Origin: Trichoplax adhaerens | Lineage: Eukaryota; Animalia; Placozoa | Assembly (NCBI RefSeq): GCF_000150275.1 | Contig: NW_002060955.1 | Coordinates: 912,287 to 976,286 of the forward strand | Direction: 5' to 3' | DNA: 64,000 bases | Shown here: piece after piece, positions 50,458-64,000 of the stretch | How positions within the stretch are numbered: the first letter of the stretch is position 1 | How the letters are laid out: each line of letters starts with the position of its first letter | Position numbers and translations under genes: made by a program | Notes under the pieces: model-generated | Told to the model about the DNA's origin: nothing | Database searches by the model: none | Seen by the model: only the letters and a program-made list of their open reading frames with translations

Positions 50458-53400
50458 AATGAAATATGGACCTAGAAGATATGCATTTCATCACGTAAAT
50501 TATAATTCGGTAGGATACAGTTCTTACCGGTAAATGTCTAACGTCAAGACCGTCAGTAAATATTTCTACAATTCTGATATAAAAATTATGCGCCTATAGC
50601 CACAGATTTACCATTGCACATGAAAGTTTACATCGAAACCCATAACGTATTGTAATTAAAGTGCCAGAATTAGATTTCTATGAAATTTATGATTGTAATA
50701 CTTTCAAAAATATGGCTAGCTTTTGGACAAGTTAAAAATCATTGCATAATTTATCATTATGCAACTAGCTAAATACACTTTTCAGCTTCAATGTCGCAAA
50801 ACTGCCGCAGTGATAACATTTACATTTCGTTGTTGTGAAAATTAAATTAATATCGTAAAGATCTCTCAACTTAAGTAGAGAAACACTATATTTAACAGCA
50901 CCAATATTGTACTATTAAATTTTTCACTTTTATGTCTGAAATAATTACTGGTACATGACTAGTGAATACTACGCAAATACACCTATTAAGTATTAGTAAA
51001 TTCATTTTAGCTGTTACTATTGCTATTTCTATTTGATTAATGTTAATTCGTCACATAATTTTTCTGATAAATTTTGCTTTGGATAAAATTCTACAACTTC
51101 ATAGAAGGATTAAATAGCACCAAATATATAAGAACTTGTCAAGTTTAGTTTACTGTTTCGATCGCATTTTTATCAATATTAAATAACCATATTGGTCTTT
51201 CATTCTAACGTAGTATATCATTTGATGAGGACTATAAATTTAAAATTCAATATTAAATAAATTTTCTGACATGGCGATTGCGATATTTTGTCGTAAGCGA
51301 AAGTATCCCTTAAAAATCTTTTTTTAAATAATATAGAACTTTATGAAGAAATAAAATATTTAAATACAGTAGTATCCTAAGTCATTTCATTGAGACCTGA
51401 TTGACTGTAACACCCCTTTTAAAAACTCAAGACGACAGCGATCATTTTCCTTCGAGAAATCGAAAATAAAGTTTCCTATCCGAATGTTAGCTAAATGATA
51501 ATGACTACCAATCGAGAAAAATTACATTAAAGAATTCTAATTTTTCGGGATAGGATAGCCAAAGTGAATTACCGGACTTAATTTAATCTTACTGGTAAGT
51601 ATGTTAAAAAGGATAGCGTATTGGTAGCACGATTTGGGTCTTAATAACTAAGATTTAAATAGAATCACTTATTATATTACGATGACACAAGCTGTTTATG
51701 CTTTATGAATCTTTGAAGTAGATATTACACGAAAGAAGTCATTTAGGTTAAACTTGGTAATACCTTAACAAATACTAGCAATGTAGATAACGAGATTGTT
51801 CCACTTTACAGCTTAGTCCAACATGTTTGTGACTGCTTATTAGGCCACTTGAACTTAAATAAAACCATTTTACTCTAGGTGTTAATCTTTAATTGAGGAT
51901 TACGCTCGTAGTTGTTCCTTTATGTATATATACATTAATGTGTTACAGTAAATATTACTAATCCGAAGAGTGATGTTAGTTTTGAATATCAGAATCTGAA
52001 TTTATAGGAATCAATTTATTTCCCAGTCATGATTAGAACGACTACATATTCTGATATTACGAGCGAATCCACTTAAATTTATAACTGAATGAATAGATAG
52101 AACTTAATCTGTACGATCTAACATTAAGGTTAACTACTAATAGTAGTAATAGCGATGACACTTTAAAATTTTACAGTTAGCGATTGAAAAGGTTTTAGTT
52201 CTAAGTGTTACTTAATAGCATGATCCAAATGATATTTAAGTGGTCCATTGGTTGAGTAATTAATTATCATCACTCTTTAAATTCTTAGTTTTGATATCAT
52301 TCTACAACATTGAAATAAAAGGTAATAGACTGATGGTATTTATGGTGAAATTCAATGTAATATATTAATCTTTTAAAATACACGCGATAGCTAAGTTCGT
52401 TTTATTCTACTATTAGTATATTTATGATAACATAAGTTAGACACAGATCCCCCCCCCCAAAAATCATAAAATTAGTAAGCAAGCCGTAGATAACTTTCAG
52501 TGCTAAATAATGGTTTTAAAAATCCTTAATTTCTCACTGAATCAAATAGGTGTTTTGAGTAGAGATATTTCAATTTCACATTAAGTGTCAGGAAAACAAT
52601 ATTAGAACTCAATCATAGATGAAGGTAAATATATACTAATGTCCCGTTTCATTGTTTATAAGGTTATAAACCAACTTACTATATTTAATTTCAGACTTGA
52701 TATGTCCTTTTCAACAAATATCTGCTATGGAGGATTTGCTGTGATGACTTCAATCTACTTCGATATAGAAATACTTTGGATTTATGTTGTAATAGGATTA
52801 GAAATTTAGTTCTATCTTACTGTTCATTCTCTTCTTTTTCTAGTTTCTTTATCTAAACGAATGGGTATGCGTTCTCATTATCACACATATTTTACATTTT
52901 AAGGCTTGTGTTCATCATAAATTACTAAGCAAAGAAACAAACTGAATAAAAAATGACTTCTTGATCTACTGACCATGAATTAAGCTTATCAATTTCTTCT
53001 TATTTCTTTATTTACAGTTATATAAAATTCTAAGAAGTTTCATCAATATTTAATGAAACAATTATCTTATGAAATCGTAAATAATTTATATATTTCGACT
53101 TTTTTTGTTTAGTACAAGGCATGAAATAATGATATACAATATGAAAGACAACATCATTTATCAGTTTCGTCCGTACTGCGGAAAATCGAGACTGTGCTTT
53201 TAATATGGTAAAATAAAAGCTGACATAGGTAATTGTCAAAGCTGACAGTAATGCTAATACAAGGTTTAGAAATGTATCAAATAGTTTAATAGCCATATAA
53301 AATAGCCATAATCGGAAGAATTAAATTCAACATAGGATAATTATGATGAAGCTCGTTAGGTATTAAGTAAAATATTAACCCTGGTACGCGTTTTTAATCA

Positions 53401-56400
53401 TTGATTTTATTTACTATTAATCCCAATTATGTATTGCTGCAATTAGCCAGTTATCCATTATTAGAAATGGATCATACTTGATGTATAAAAGTTGAAACTA
53501 ACGCAGCTCGTTCTTTATAGGCACTTTCGCAGCTTTTATGTGACATTAATCATCGTTTGCTGCATCCTAATACTTCAGGGACAAGAATTTCAACTCTAGA
53601 AATGACAGTATTTTTGTAATGCTGATTGCAACTTAAACTTGACAAAATGATGAATAATGTGCTGTAGTTCATGACCATCGATAATTACAAAAGATCTTCA
53701 TTATAGTAACAATTATACAATTATTTATATGTGATGAAGGTACGAAATAGCTATTTCATTTACGAACATTTTCGAATTAGGCAATTATTCTTGCCTGGAA
53801 TCTACGTGGCGAACTGAATTTTATTTAAATTACTTATTACCTTTTCACGAAGTAATAAGTTGGATATCCAAAGACTATTTTTACTAGGCTAATTTAAAAT
53901 ATATGTATTCGTTTAAGAATAAGATTTCCTCTTCTTAAGTATGATAAGTTCGAATTTAATTCTTGAAACTAGATGACGTCCATTCTATAAAAAATTTCTA
54001 CTTCCAAGTCAAAACGACTCGGCAATGGTAGAATTAATACTTGATGATATAAAACGATACAATCCCAGCTTTTATCAGACAACAATACAAAACTTGCAAT
54101 AAGGTCAAACCATAAATTTCTCTCTGATTCCTCAATTTGCATTCATTTCCGATAGATTTGGAACAACTAAATTCTTCCGAAGTATAATTTTAATTACTAT
54201 TCCTAGAAATGCTATTCATCAAGGTTGAAGATAGAATCTTATTTGATCAAGATCATAGAATAGTAATTAATTATAATTTATCGGAAGCATAAATATCAGT
54301 TTCCTTCGTAAAATTGATGTACTTATAGCTGTTATAGAGTAAATTTTATATACACGTATGTGAGGTTGATAGATCAAGAATCTTCAAAACTTTAGAAAAT
54401 TAAGATTTATTGAACAAAACCTCCTTTACGAAGATACTACGTAATCGATTAGCTGAGGACCTCTAACGAGAAAGAACGATCTTACTATGCTAAACTACTC
54501 GCTTATATACTTTTCCGCGTTTACAGTCTTAGCACCTTACTTACTACACACTTCAGTATTAGCATCTCAAATACAGGATAGTTTACACCTTTCATGTGAA
54601 GCTCTAGTGTGAGCACTGTAGCTCTCCTCTTCAAAAGGATTACAGTTACTAAGCTAGCTATATTTAATATTGTTACAACTTCCAAATTTTATAACAAGTA
54701 CTAGATCTGCACTCAGCAAGGAGACCCAGTAATTAAGTTGAAGAACTAACTTTATTGTTAAAATAATGGGTTTATATACTTTCTTTATTGTGACCTTTGA
54801 TCTACTGGCGTAGATCACAAGATCATCACTAAGAGAAAGGTTTCCCTAGTTTAGACATTACAAACAGAATATCATACCGAATATGGCAACATGAGAATAC
54901 ATATCTAGATAACCTTAATATAGTACCATAACTACATCTATATACGTATGACGTGATAACATCGTGATATTTAACCATATATAGAAAGAAGGTAACATAC
55001 TAATTATGTAACTATCACAAAACGTGACAAATACTTAAGCTTCTAACGAGAATATCTATTACATGTTGAACACAACACCTACGGTAGACATTACTAAATA
55101 TATCATCAACTTAGAATACAATATTACACTGTCTTACAACATAATTTTTCAGAATTAATCTAAGAGAGTAGCGAAATTCAATTGTCTATGATACCTATAT
55201 GTTTTTAATAGATTGCGGCATAGTTTTAGAATATCATCTATGCATTGATAATTATGGTTAATGTTGATATCTAGTTACCATGAATTAGTTCATTTTTTAA
55301 TAAAAGTTGGGTTCAATTATATCCAGCATGAGTTTTACGGTTTCTAATGACGTTCTAGTGATTGCAAGCTTATCATTACCTAAAGTTTGTACTAAATGTA
55401 GATGTTGGGGAGAAAGTTCCTGAAAGTAGACTCGTGGCGAGTAATTTACTTCAGTAATTTTAATTTTGTCATTGCAAATTCCGTAGATAGAATTTAATTA
55501 GCATATGGCATAGCAGAATTCAGAGTTAATGTGAGATTGAATTGAGAACATATAAATGTAAGGATATATTTGATGCAAGAAAGGTTTAGGTTTTAATATT
55601 AGAGTACAATTTTTACAATGTTACGAAAAGATATATATTGAAAGAGCATAGCTTGATATTAAAAACGAGTACAATAAGTACAGCTAGACCGTAGTTAGTT
55701 TGACACCATTTGTATACCAATACCTAAGTACAAATACTAACTAATCTCGCTATATTAGTAAATCCTTTTTCCACTATTCCGGTAAACTATTACAGTTAAT
55801 GATTGATTATTAATAGCAGAGTGGAGCTACGGTTCGCTGATTTCTATTCCGGTTCACTGATGTCGATGTCGCAATATACTTAAATTTACTACTTCATTGA
55901 GCATCGCTTGTTAGTAAATGTTGTGCGACTGCAAGAGACTATGATTGTCACAAAATATCCGGCGGTAAATTGCCGTCAAAAGCCATGAAAGTTCATTAGT
56001 AAATATCGCATTTTAGAGGAAGTTGTCGGCAATTGAATATTATTGGTCAGCTCTGAATAAAACAAAACCGTTTACCGATTTGCAGTTTAATTCTTTGTTA
56101 GAATTCATTGTAAAATTGGGACTTAGCATTGATTTAATACAGTATTACGATATATCGGACAACAAATGACGATAAAGGAATATATAATTAGAACTAATGA
56201 CAGGAATTAATGACAAAACTTAAAAGTACTGCAGTACCTATTATTTCTAGCTAACTAGAATAAATCTGGCTACATCCTCTAAGAGGCAAACCTGTAACCA
56301 AACAACAACTACCATGAGGCTCTTTCTAATATTCAATATCTGTCAACAATGTGTTTCCTTCACCTGAGCAGGTAAATTGCGTTTCAATTATACTAAGATT

Positions 56401-59194
56401 GAATTCCTGAACCGCAGTAGAGATAAATTCCACAACGCCTACTCTGTTTTTTATATCTCTAGTTTCATAAAAACGCGTTGTTCTAATTATCTACTAGAAT
56501 TTTACGCTTCCTTTTTACGTTTACTTAATTATTATAAGATATTGATATAATGTATTGCGCAGTATTATTTCTTTCTGGTGTTTAGCCAGGTCAGTTAATG
56601 GATTACTGGACTTTTTGGTATAAGTCAGCCGGAAGCTTCAATACTGTAAGCCTATTTACAGCTAAAGTGATTAATAGTCAGATATTAGACAGATGTTCTC
56701 TATAGGAAAATTTTATTATCTAAATCTAAACTGCTGTGGATAACTGCAATGGTATATCGTTATCTCCTATTTATTTACTATTTGTTTTAATGTATGAAAT
56801 TTAATTTAAATAAATAAGTGCCCTAATAAGGCTTCGACTTTGTCCAGAAGAATGATTCCCGGCAAATCACTTATCAATTACCTTTTTAATCTAGTAAAGC
56901 TCTGTCTATCACCAAATATAATTTTACGGCTTATCGAACCTACTTTTTCTGTTATCTAATTGTACTGTTGTAGCTACTTGCTATATTATGAGCAATTTAC
57001 GAGAAGAAAAATGAGAAGAAAAATTTCAAAGAAAATAGGCGTGGATAGGATGCTCTATGTTCTAATGACTGCTATTAAAAAATTGACGAATACTATTATT
57101 ACACCGGTCTTTAAGTAACTGACGGTTCACTTTCATCTACTGTAAGTTTTATTCCTTGCTGTAGATAGCTCTACCACTGAATCTTCTATAACTTACTAAG
57201 ACAAAGAATGTTTAAGACATTAGTCTCTAGTAGATTCAGATAAGAACCGATACAGTATAATGAAAAGCATACAGTATTTATTTACAACAAAAACCAACTT
57301 ATCAAACAGTAAAGAATTGCAACTAAGTAATCGTATGACGTGAACTCTTTACAATGTCACCGCAAATTTGACTGGTGCAACTCATGTAATAATTCTATGC
57401 TAGACATATATACGATTACGCCAATAAATTCTATTTTATATGATGTTATAGTGTTATAACACTGAATTTCAGAAATTAGATAGTAAATAGTAATGTTTAT
57501 GTAGGGCAGTTTTGTTGGTTAGATTTATCTAGTCAGTTTCTGTTGAGACAATTTATATTTTTAATATATCGTTGGATTTTCGTGAGACAGCAAAACTGAA
57601 ATTCATAGTCATATAATGGTGATAAGAATAATTTACATATAGCTCGAATGACTATGATCGTAACTAACTAAAGATGGATTATTTATTTTAAGAATATTCC
57701 GTATATGGACGTAACGTAATCCGATTATCATGAATAAATTATTGGATATTTATGTTCGATAATACTTTTGTCTTCATTAATTGGCGGTACATAGGATCAA
57801 TATCAAATCTATTGGAAGGCTTTAAAGCCAATCATGTTATCTAGAACTTATAAACTATTGCCGAAATATGCATAAATTGCAGTATATTATGTCATAAAGG
57901 TAATTCTAGAAAAACTGTGTTTGATCTGACTACGTCGTGTTCAAATCTCGTTCATTGGAGTGATTCTTTCGATAGAGTAGGCATTATTACCTAAGTCCAT
58001 TAATTGTCATCATGCACAATTTCATTTATTCAAAAATTTTAAAATCCTTATAAACTAGTTTATTTTATATCTGTTAATTAGTAAACATCGCGTTACATTC
58101 ATGGTACTCTACTGCTCCTATTAATTAACTTAATATCATTTTTGGATTGAGAGGAGGGTTTCCTTGTCTTTGACATGAGCATGTATTCATAGATTCTCAA
58201 ATTTTATTTGCGATAATTATGTTACTGTTATGATCAGTCTTAACTGACCACATCATTTACCTTAACAACCATTTCCCACCGGCGAAATTTTAAATTTTTG
58301 GCGCAAAGAAAATTGTAATACAACATAAGTTCATATATTAGATTATAGTAAATTAAGTCGAGATGACCTAGAACTATGACAATATTTGTTTGAAATTTAG
58401 AAGTTAGTTAGTAATGGAGAATAATCACACTATTGCTACTTGATTTAAATAGATGGAAATATTTTTATAATTAGATTTTATTATCAAATTACTTTTTTAA
58501 AATACTAACAAAATAATTTCCAGGTCTATGCAGGATTAATATTAACATCTCACATGAATTTGCCATGCTTTAAGTTAATTATCACCCTATTAAAGTAATT
58601 TCATGAAAATGGTATTGGATTAAATGGATACAGTAATTGTTCTGTAAAAACCTCGAAAGTGCTGATCTGCAGGGGAACATAATATCGGGAATGTTGTACT
58701 TGTAGTACATTATAAGACAAAAAGACTGGATTATGATGTAATGATACATACGGTAGCTATGAAAGCATTCTTTATTTTTTGATTCCAATTCGATGATTGC
58801 CAATATATGATTTTCGTTAGCAGATAAATATTAAGTATTAGTTAATGCATATCATGATGTATCACATTATATGAAACTATATTAAAGATTGCTAGGATAG
58901 AAGTGACGAACGATCTTGTGAATATCTTATTACGTAATCATGGTTAGATATTTCAATGCTGCGTGCTCAAAATTTATTGAGTTATTACCTAGTATTCTGT
59001 TAGATTTGAATGTAGAACGATATCGATTATAATTTTAGAACGATTTAAAGTTAACAATTTATTTATTAATTAGTCTAATCATGTTAAAATAAATAAATCG
59101 TAAAAATGAGCAACGTATAAGAAATATATTTTCATTATCGATATGGTTAGGTTTAAATTAATTGATTAGTGTACTTTTGAGAATATTTGCAATA

Positions 59195-62100
59195 TCAGTT
59201 CATCGTACAATTACATTGCCATGCAAATTTATGAACACTTTCATTCCAGGGAGTAAAACTTGAATTTCGAATCATAATTCCTTTCTCTGATACTAAAATT
59301 TTAAGAATGTTTTATGAATTTAGATTTATTAATTATTAATATATTCTAGATAACATAATCTCCAGCGACGTACGAATATAGCATAATTGCGATAAATTTA
59401 TTAATTCGCCTACAGTGATCAGGTTTAAGTTTGATCATAAAGGTAAAAAAATAGAACATTTATATGACAAATACAATAATTTCTTGTATTTAGACAAGCA
59501 TTTACATATTTTAATCACCGTACCTCCTAGTTGTTTACCATCAGGTAAATTGTGAACATGTGGTAAAGTCGGTACTTCTGGTAATTCTTCTGAAATATTA
59601 ATAGCAGGAGTATAATTGGAGCTGCTTTGGATTTGCCGGTCTGGTATTGATCCCCATGCTGAATAGCTTTCGATATTTCTCATACAAATTTTTCCATTTC
59701 TTGATACAACAAATAAAGTAGACATACTACGACCAGCAATATTACCAATCATTGGATCCAAATCTAAGTAAAATAGAAGTATTGTATCATCCTATTTACG
59801 TATTTTTTATTGATTACCTCGATGGTTAATTTATTTCATCACTAATCAATAAACTGCACAAATTATTAATTATTCTAATAAAGCTATTTAAGCTTTTCTT
59901 TCAACCCATCTGTCACGGTACGCCGTTACTAATTAAGTAACTGTAAATTAATGAATGCTTATGAATAGATAAGATAAGGTTATGTGCTATGTTTTAATGC
60001 GCTTGTAGCTGATAATAGGATGGTAGAAATGAGATAAAAATAGAAGTTAGCAGTTAATTTACTGTAGGTTTATAAGGTATGTTAATCTCTAAAAATTGAG
60101 CTGTATATGGATGAAGATTAAGCGTCTTAACACCTGATAGCTTGTAGCTATCTAAGTCTGAGAATATCGACATGTATATTTAGTAATGGTATTATACTAA
60201 TTAATGTAACTTGTAAAGCATGAATTCTCACTCGTTAATATTGGGATTCACTGTAGAAACCTATTTAAGCGCGTGTGTTTGTAGAATAAAGAAGGTAATT
60301 GCTCAAGAAACGGCAAGACTCATATCGCGAAGAATAGTGTAATAATTAGTCAGTTGTCTGTGGAGATCAGCCGAGAAATCGAGTTCTCAAATACTTCTCT
60401 CATAGAAACTGAAAGTACTGGGAGAAATAGCCCAAGTTTTAAGTAACTACACTAGAGTTCTTTACTTTCCTTTGCCACAAGTGAGGGTTGTGACACCATC
60501 ATTCATGCATTACTCTCGGAGATGATAACATTTAGATCATTGTTGCATTTCAAATGCCTTAGGTATTTCATATTAATTATTTAGTCTTTGTTTATGATAA
60601 TAAGTTGTTGTCTAGTAAACATATTATATATTTATAACTATAGAAATGTTGTCTCATAGATAATCTATACTAGAGTGGTGTTATTACCTATCAATTTTGA
60701 GCCATTAAAATAAATGCAACGATTTTTCCATCTAGAAATAATTTCAACAAAAATACTAACGCTTAGTGAATAGAGTACAAGTGAGCATGGCATTAGAATT
60801 AAATTACTTATATAGACAAATGCATAGATTCTGTATAATAAATAGCCTGTATTACATATTTGTTCATCACACTATTCTCAATAATGGAGTAACAAAACTC
60901 CTTTCAATTAATAAGCTAGAAATTACCCCAATTTCATATTTTCTCGCGTACAAGCAAAAAATCCATTTTCATATACTAAATAATCGCGAAAATGAAATTC
61001 TGGAAGAAAAGGGAATTGTTTGAGGTTATAAACAATTAAACAATAGAATACTTCCTGTTATGAGAAAAATTCGTAAATATCACCATTAATTATATAGCTA
61101 ACCTGGTAAATTTCCAGAAGGTACGGCAGATGAATTAGCAATTGTAAATAGGGTGTTTTCCTCTGTATTATTATTAAGACATAAACAAAATTTGATGAGT
61201 ACGAATTCAATGGCAACACATAAAGTAATTAAAATTTTAGTGGTTTACTAGCGTTCACCTTGATGTATAAAAGATACCGACATTGCAATTCTTGGTATAT
61301 AGATTTTTTCGTTGTTGATCGGATTTTCGTAGTAGCTGTTAATAATTAAAATCAGATTCTGAACTGGATCTTGATTAATCTTTTTCTTCATGGTGACGTT
61401 AAATACGACTATCTCTTTTAATTCTAGACTCCTTAACTAGGATATAGCAGAAAAAATGAAAAAGACAATATTACTGATAAATGAGATGTATTAAGTAGAA
61501 TACCTTCTTAATGGTGTAAAGAAGTGGCATCTTACCCACAAATTGAATGTGTGCACTGAAAATTCGGATTGATAAAGTGACGTTGAAACATTGCTAGCAC
61601 ATGAAATCCCTCCCATATAGTGAGGAATTAACCATTTCATGGTTATGTTATTTGCCTTCCAATTAGATACTGTAGAATGTTGAATCCTTATTGTGTAATC
61701 AACAGTTTGCCTAATATAAAAAATACAAAGAGTTGTAGTCAAGTTCAGTATATAGCCTGTATATTATTAAATAAAAATGAATGATCTAAATACACTTTAA
61801 TTGATTTAAGTTATAGCCATCCTTATAAAAGATTCAGCTTTAACAATGATCAGTGCCAACCTTGAGAATCTGATCAGTTACAATGACCGAATATATATAC
61901 AGTAGATAAAACAGGTATTAACAAGATTTTATAGCAAAGCTAAAAATTTATCTCCGATTCTACAGGTTATCTACGTACTGTATTTATCTCGTACTTATAC
62001 TGGAAATAGTAAAATTTATAAAGTATTTTACTGCGGAAGTAAAGATCTTATAAGTTAACATCGTATCATTTCAGGTTATTTACTATACTAAAATTATAAT

Positions 62101-63650
62101 CAATCAAGTCAAAGATGGTAATTTTTAAACTGCTTCAACAATGAACATATTAAATGACGATAAATTCAATACTCGAGTTAGTCACAGAATAGGGCAGTGG
62201 CAAGATTTTAATATCTATAATTATAGATACAGGTAACTTTTAAATCTTTGGTTATAATATTTATAAAATAAGTCCGATTGGTAGATTATATTCTCTTATG
62301 AGTTGTTGTTCTTGAACACCTGAGGTGCTAGCTTTAGCTGATCTGCTCCTAATTGGGTAACATTAATCATATTTAACTGATGTGTTTAGAAGAAGTATAT
62401 ATATATAAAGTACTGTAATAAAGTAAGAAATAATTTGGTTATGAATTTCCTTTTAATGTCTTGCTTTGAGTAGAACATGTTCCCGTTCATTTGAATGGGA
62501 ACTTTACCACTAGGAGTAATTGTAAATACTTTCATTTAGGCTGCTTTGCTCAAGATGTGTCGTATTAAAGTAGTAGAGCATACAAACACCAGAAGGTCTT
62601 GTAATACCATAGGCTCGTCGCTTTTTACATTCATTACGTACTTTAGTTGGCAATAGAATTATACACGTAGTTCTTAGGGAGGTTTATAGTTATCATGAAT
62701 GTGCTCTTTTAACAAATATTAAGAAAATTATGCTACAGCATTGAAAATTTTTTGGTTTTAGTACAGTACGTTTTTTTTTGCAAAAGTTACATATTAAACG
62801 GAATGCTTCTAGGCAAAAACTTTACATCTATCGTTACGTGAGTGGCCAGTAAATAATGCTCACTAACATTTGTTCTATTGGTTCTGTGGCGTTATGGCTG
62901 CTATCAAACTTCAAATCTGGAGCATAAGATGTCAAATTATGGATCGCGATATAGACTGCTGATTTTGAAGTTAGAACCGCATTAGGCCCCGCAATAACAT
63001 TACACTGTATCCAGTAATGATTATGGTTATAATTAGTAGTGATTGCTGCTAGTTTGACTGTGAAAGATATGCTGATATTCCTATCTTCCATGGATGCATG
63101 CTTAGGTGATGAAGCCATTCCAAAATTTAAAATACCCCTACATTCAAGAAGTTAAAGCGAAATACCAAATTTAATTTTGTAATTTTGAGTGAGCATTAAA
63201 GAAACCGTAACAATGAAAAGTACAATAAAAAGATGAACTTGGCAATACATTACTTTGTCTTAGCTGCAATTGCATCTAGATCATTATTATGGTATGTAAA
63301 TAAATTATTCCATGAATTACTATAGACAGCATTGCCAACACTATCGACTTGTGCATGAACCAGTTCCAAAATTGCTTCACCTCTTGAGGCATATATTTCA
63401 ATAGTGTAATTGCTTGGAATAGGAATAGTTGTGATTTGAAGGTTAAATTCAACTTCTTGTTGTAAGTCGGTAATATTAGTTGATGTGTCAGGGCTTATAG
63501 TAATAATTGGCGATTCCGTATAGTCTATTGGATTGCTTATAGTTTTAGCAAAATATGCAATTGAAGCGACATCAGAGTAAGTTATTTCCAATGAACATTG
63601 CAGCGTATCATTAGGATTAACGATAGGAGAAACTGTCATACTAATCCAAC
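59195..63650 (-). CDS. 3' part (~500 aa, 9 exons) of a large uncharacterised, probably secreted glycoprotein with beta-sandwich-like repeats and a Trp/Cys C-terminal module; continues beyond the window
   Basis: Exons 63650-63254, 63137-62868, 61710-61536, 61436-61259, 61162-61103, 60975-60927, 60731-60688, 59763-59524 and 59292-59195 all join in phase to a TGA. The protein has alternating hydrophobic beta-strand patterns and about 16 N-x-S/T sequons. It ends ...DLDPMIGNIAG...VSRNGK...W...GVSEKGI...W...AWQCNCTMN*. Confidence 0.8.
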
Positions 63651-64000
63651 CTACATCAGAAATGAATATAGTGCACATCTTTAATGGTTCAAATTTAATA
63701 GGATGAATTAATTGCTTGTTGGTTTGCTTAAATAAATCCAGATATATACTGTAACATTTATTTAGGAAGATTAATTTTAAGTGGCTCTGCTAACTATATC
63801 AAGCAATCATTTACGAGTATTTATATGCTAAAGTTGGACAATTTAGAACCATTTTATTGCTACAATTTCGAAATAGCTTAGAGAAGAGAAATGATTCAAT
63901 CAATTTATAACTATTTTATCGTCAAATAGATAGGCAAAACTAGTTTAAGTTTTTGCAGTAAATATTCTGAAATTTGTTGTGAGACAGAACAGTTTTATGA

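Noticed and set aside
57270-58310. Small minus-strand gene (exon-like pieces, stop and AATAAA near 57280-57330)
   Set aside because: The pieces could not be joined in phase and show no recognisable motif.
32541-58803. Isolated hydrophobic ORFs (32541, 36972, 46418, 53030, 58582)
   Set aside because: Their I/L/F/Y/K-rich composition is expected from random AT-rich DNA, with no splice or motif support.
60063-60151. Exon-like DSYKLSGVKTLNLHPYTAQFLEINIPYKPT in the glycoprotein gene
   Set aside because: Its phase (1 to 0) breaks the otherwise consistent 60688>59763 junction.

Overview
Eukaryotic, AT-rich animal genomic DNA with many short GT-AG introns. Composition and gene content resemble a non-bilaterian such as the placozoan Trichoplax (inference, not verified). 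I spliced five multi-exon genes by hand. (1) A MiT/TFE (MITF/TFEB-family) bHLH-Zip gene, +, 5872-10722. (2) A NET1/ARHGEF3-type DH-PH RhoGEF, +, 14497-20959. (3) A divergent 4-exon Wnt, -, 25281-21804. (4) A PLEKHG7-type DH-PH RhoGEF, -, 50457-36326, with a 6.7-kb intron largely filled by tandem repeats. (5) The 3' part of a large uncharacterised, probably secreted glycoprotein, -, from beyond 63650 to 59195. Non-coding features include a 13-unit minisatellite with 4-unit higher-order structure, and CAGTA/TACTG islands upstream of the two + strand genes. There is a CLEAR/E-box plus bZIP-site cluster upstream of the MiT gene, suggesting autoregulation. A perfect nuclear-receptor inverted repeat fused to a CSL site lies upstream of Wnt. 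The MiT-ARHGEF3-Wnt adjacency may be an ancient linkage. Most ORFs in the supplied track are exon fragments or noise. No CRISPR, rRNA, intact tRNA or transposase was seen. All family assignments come from recalled motifs, not database searches.
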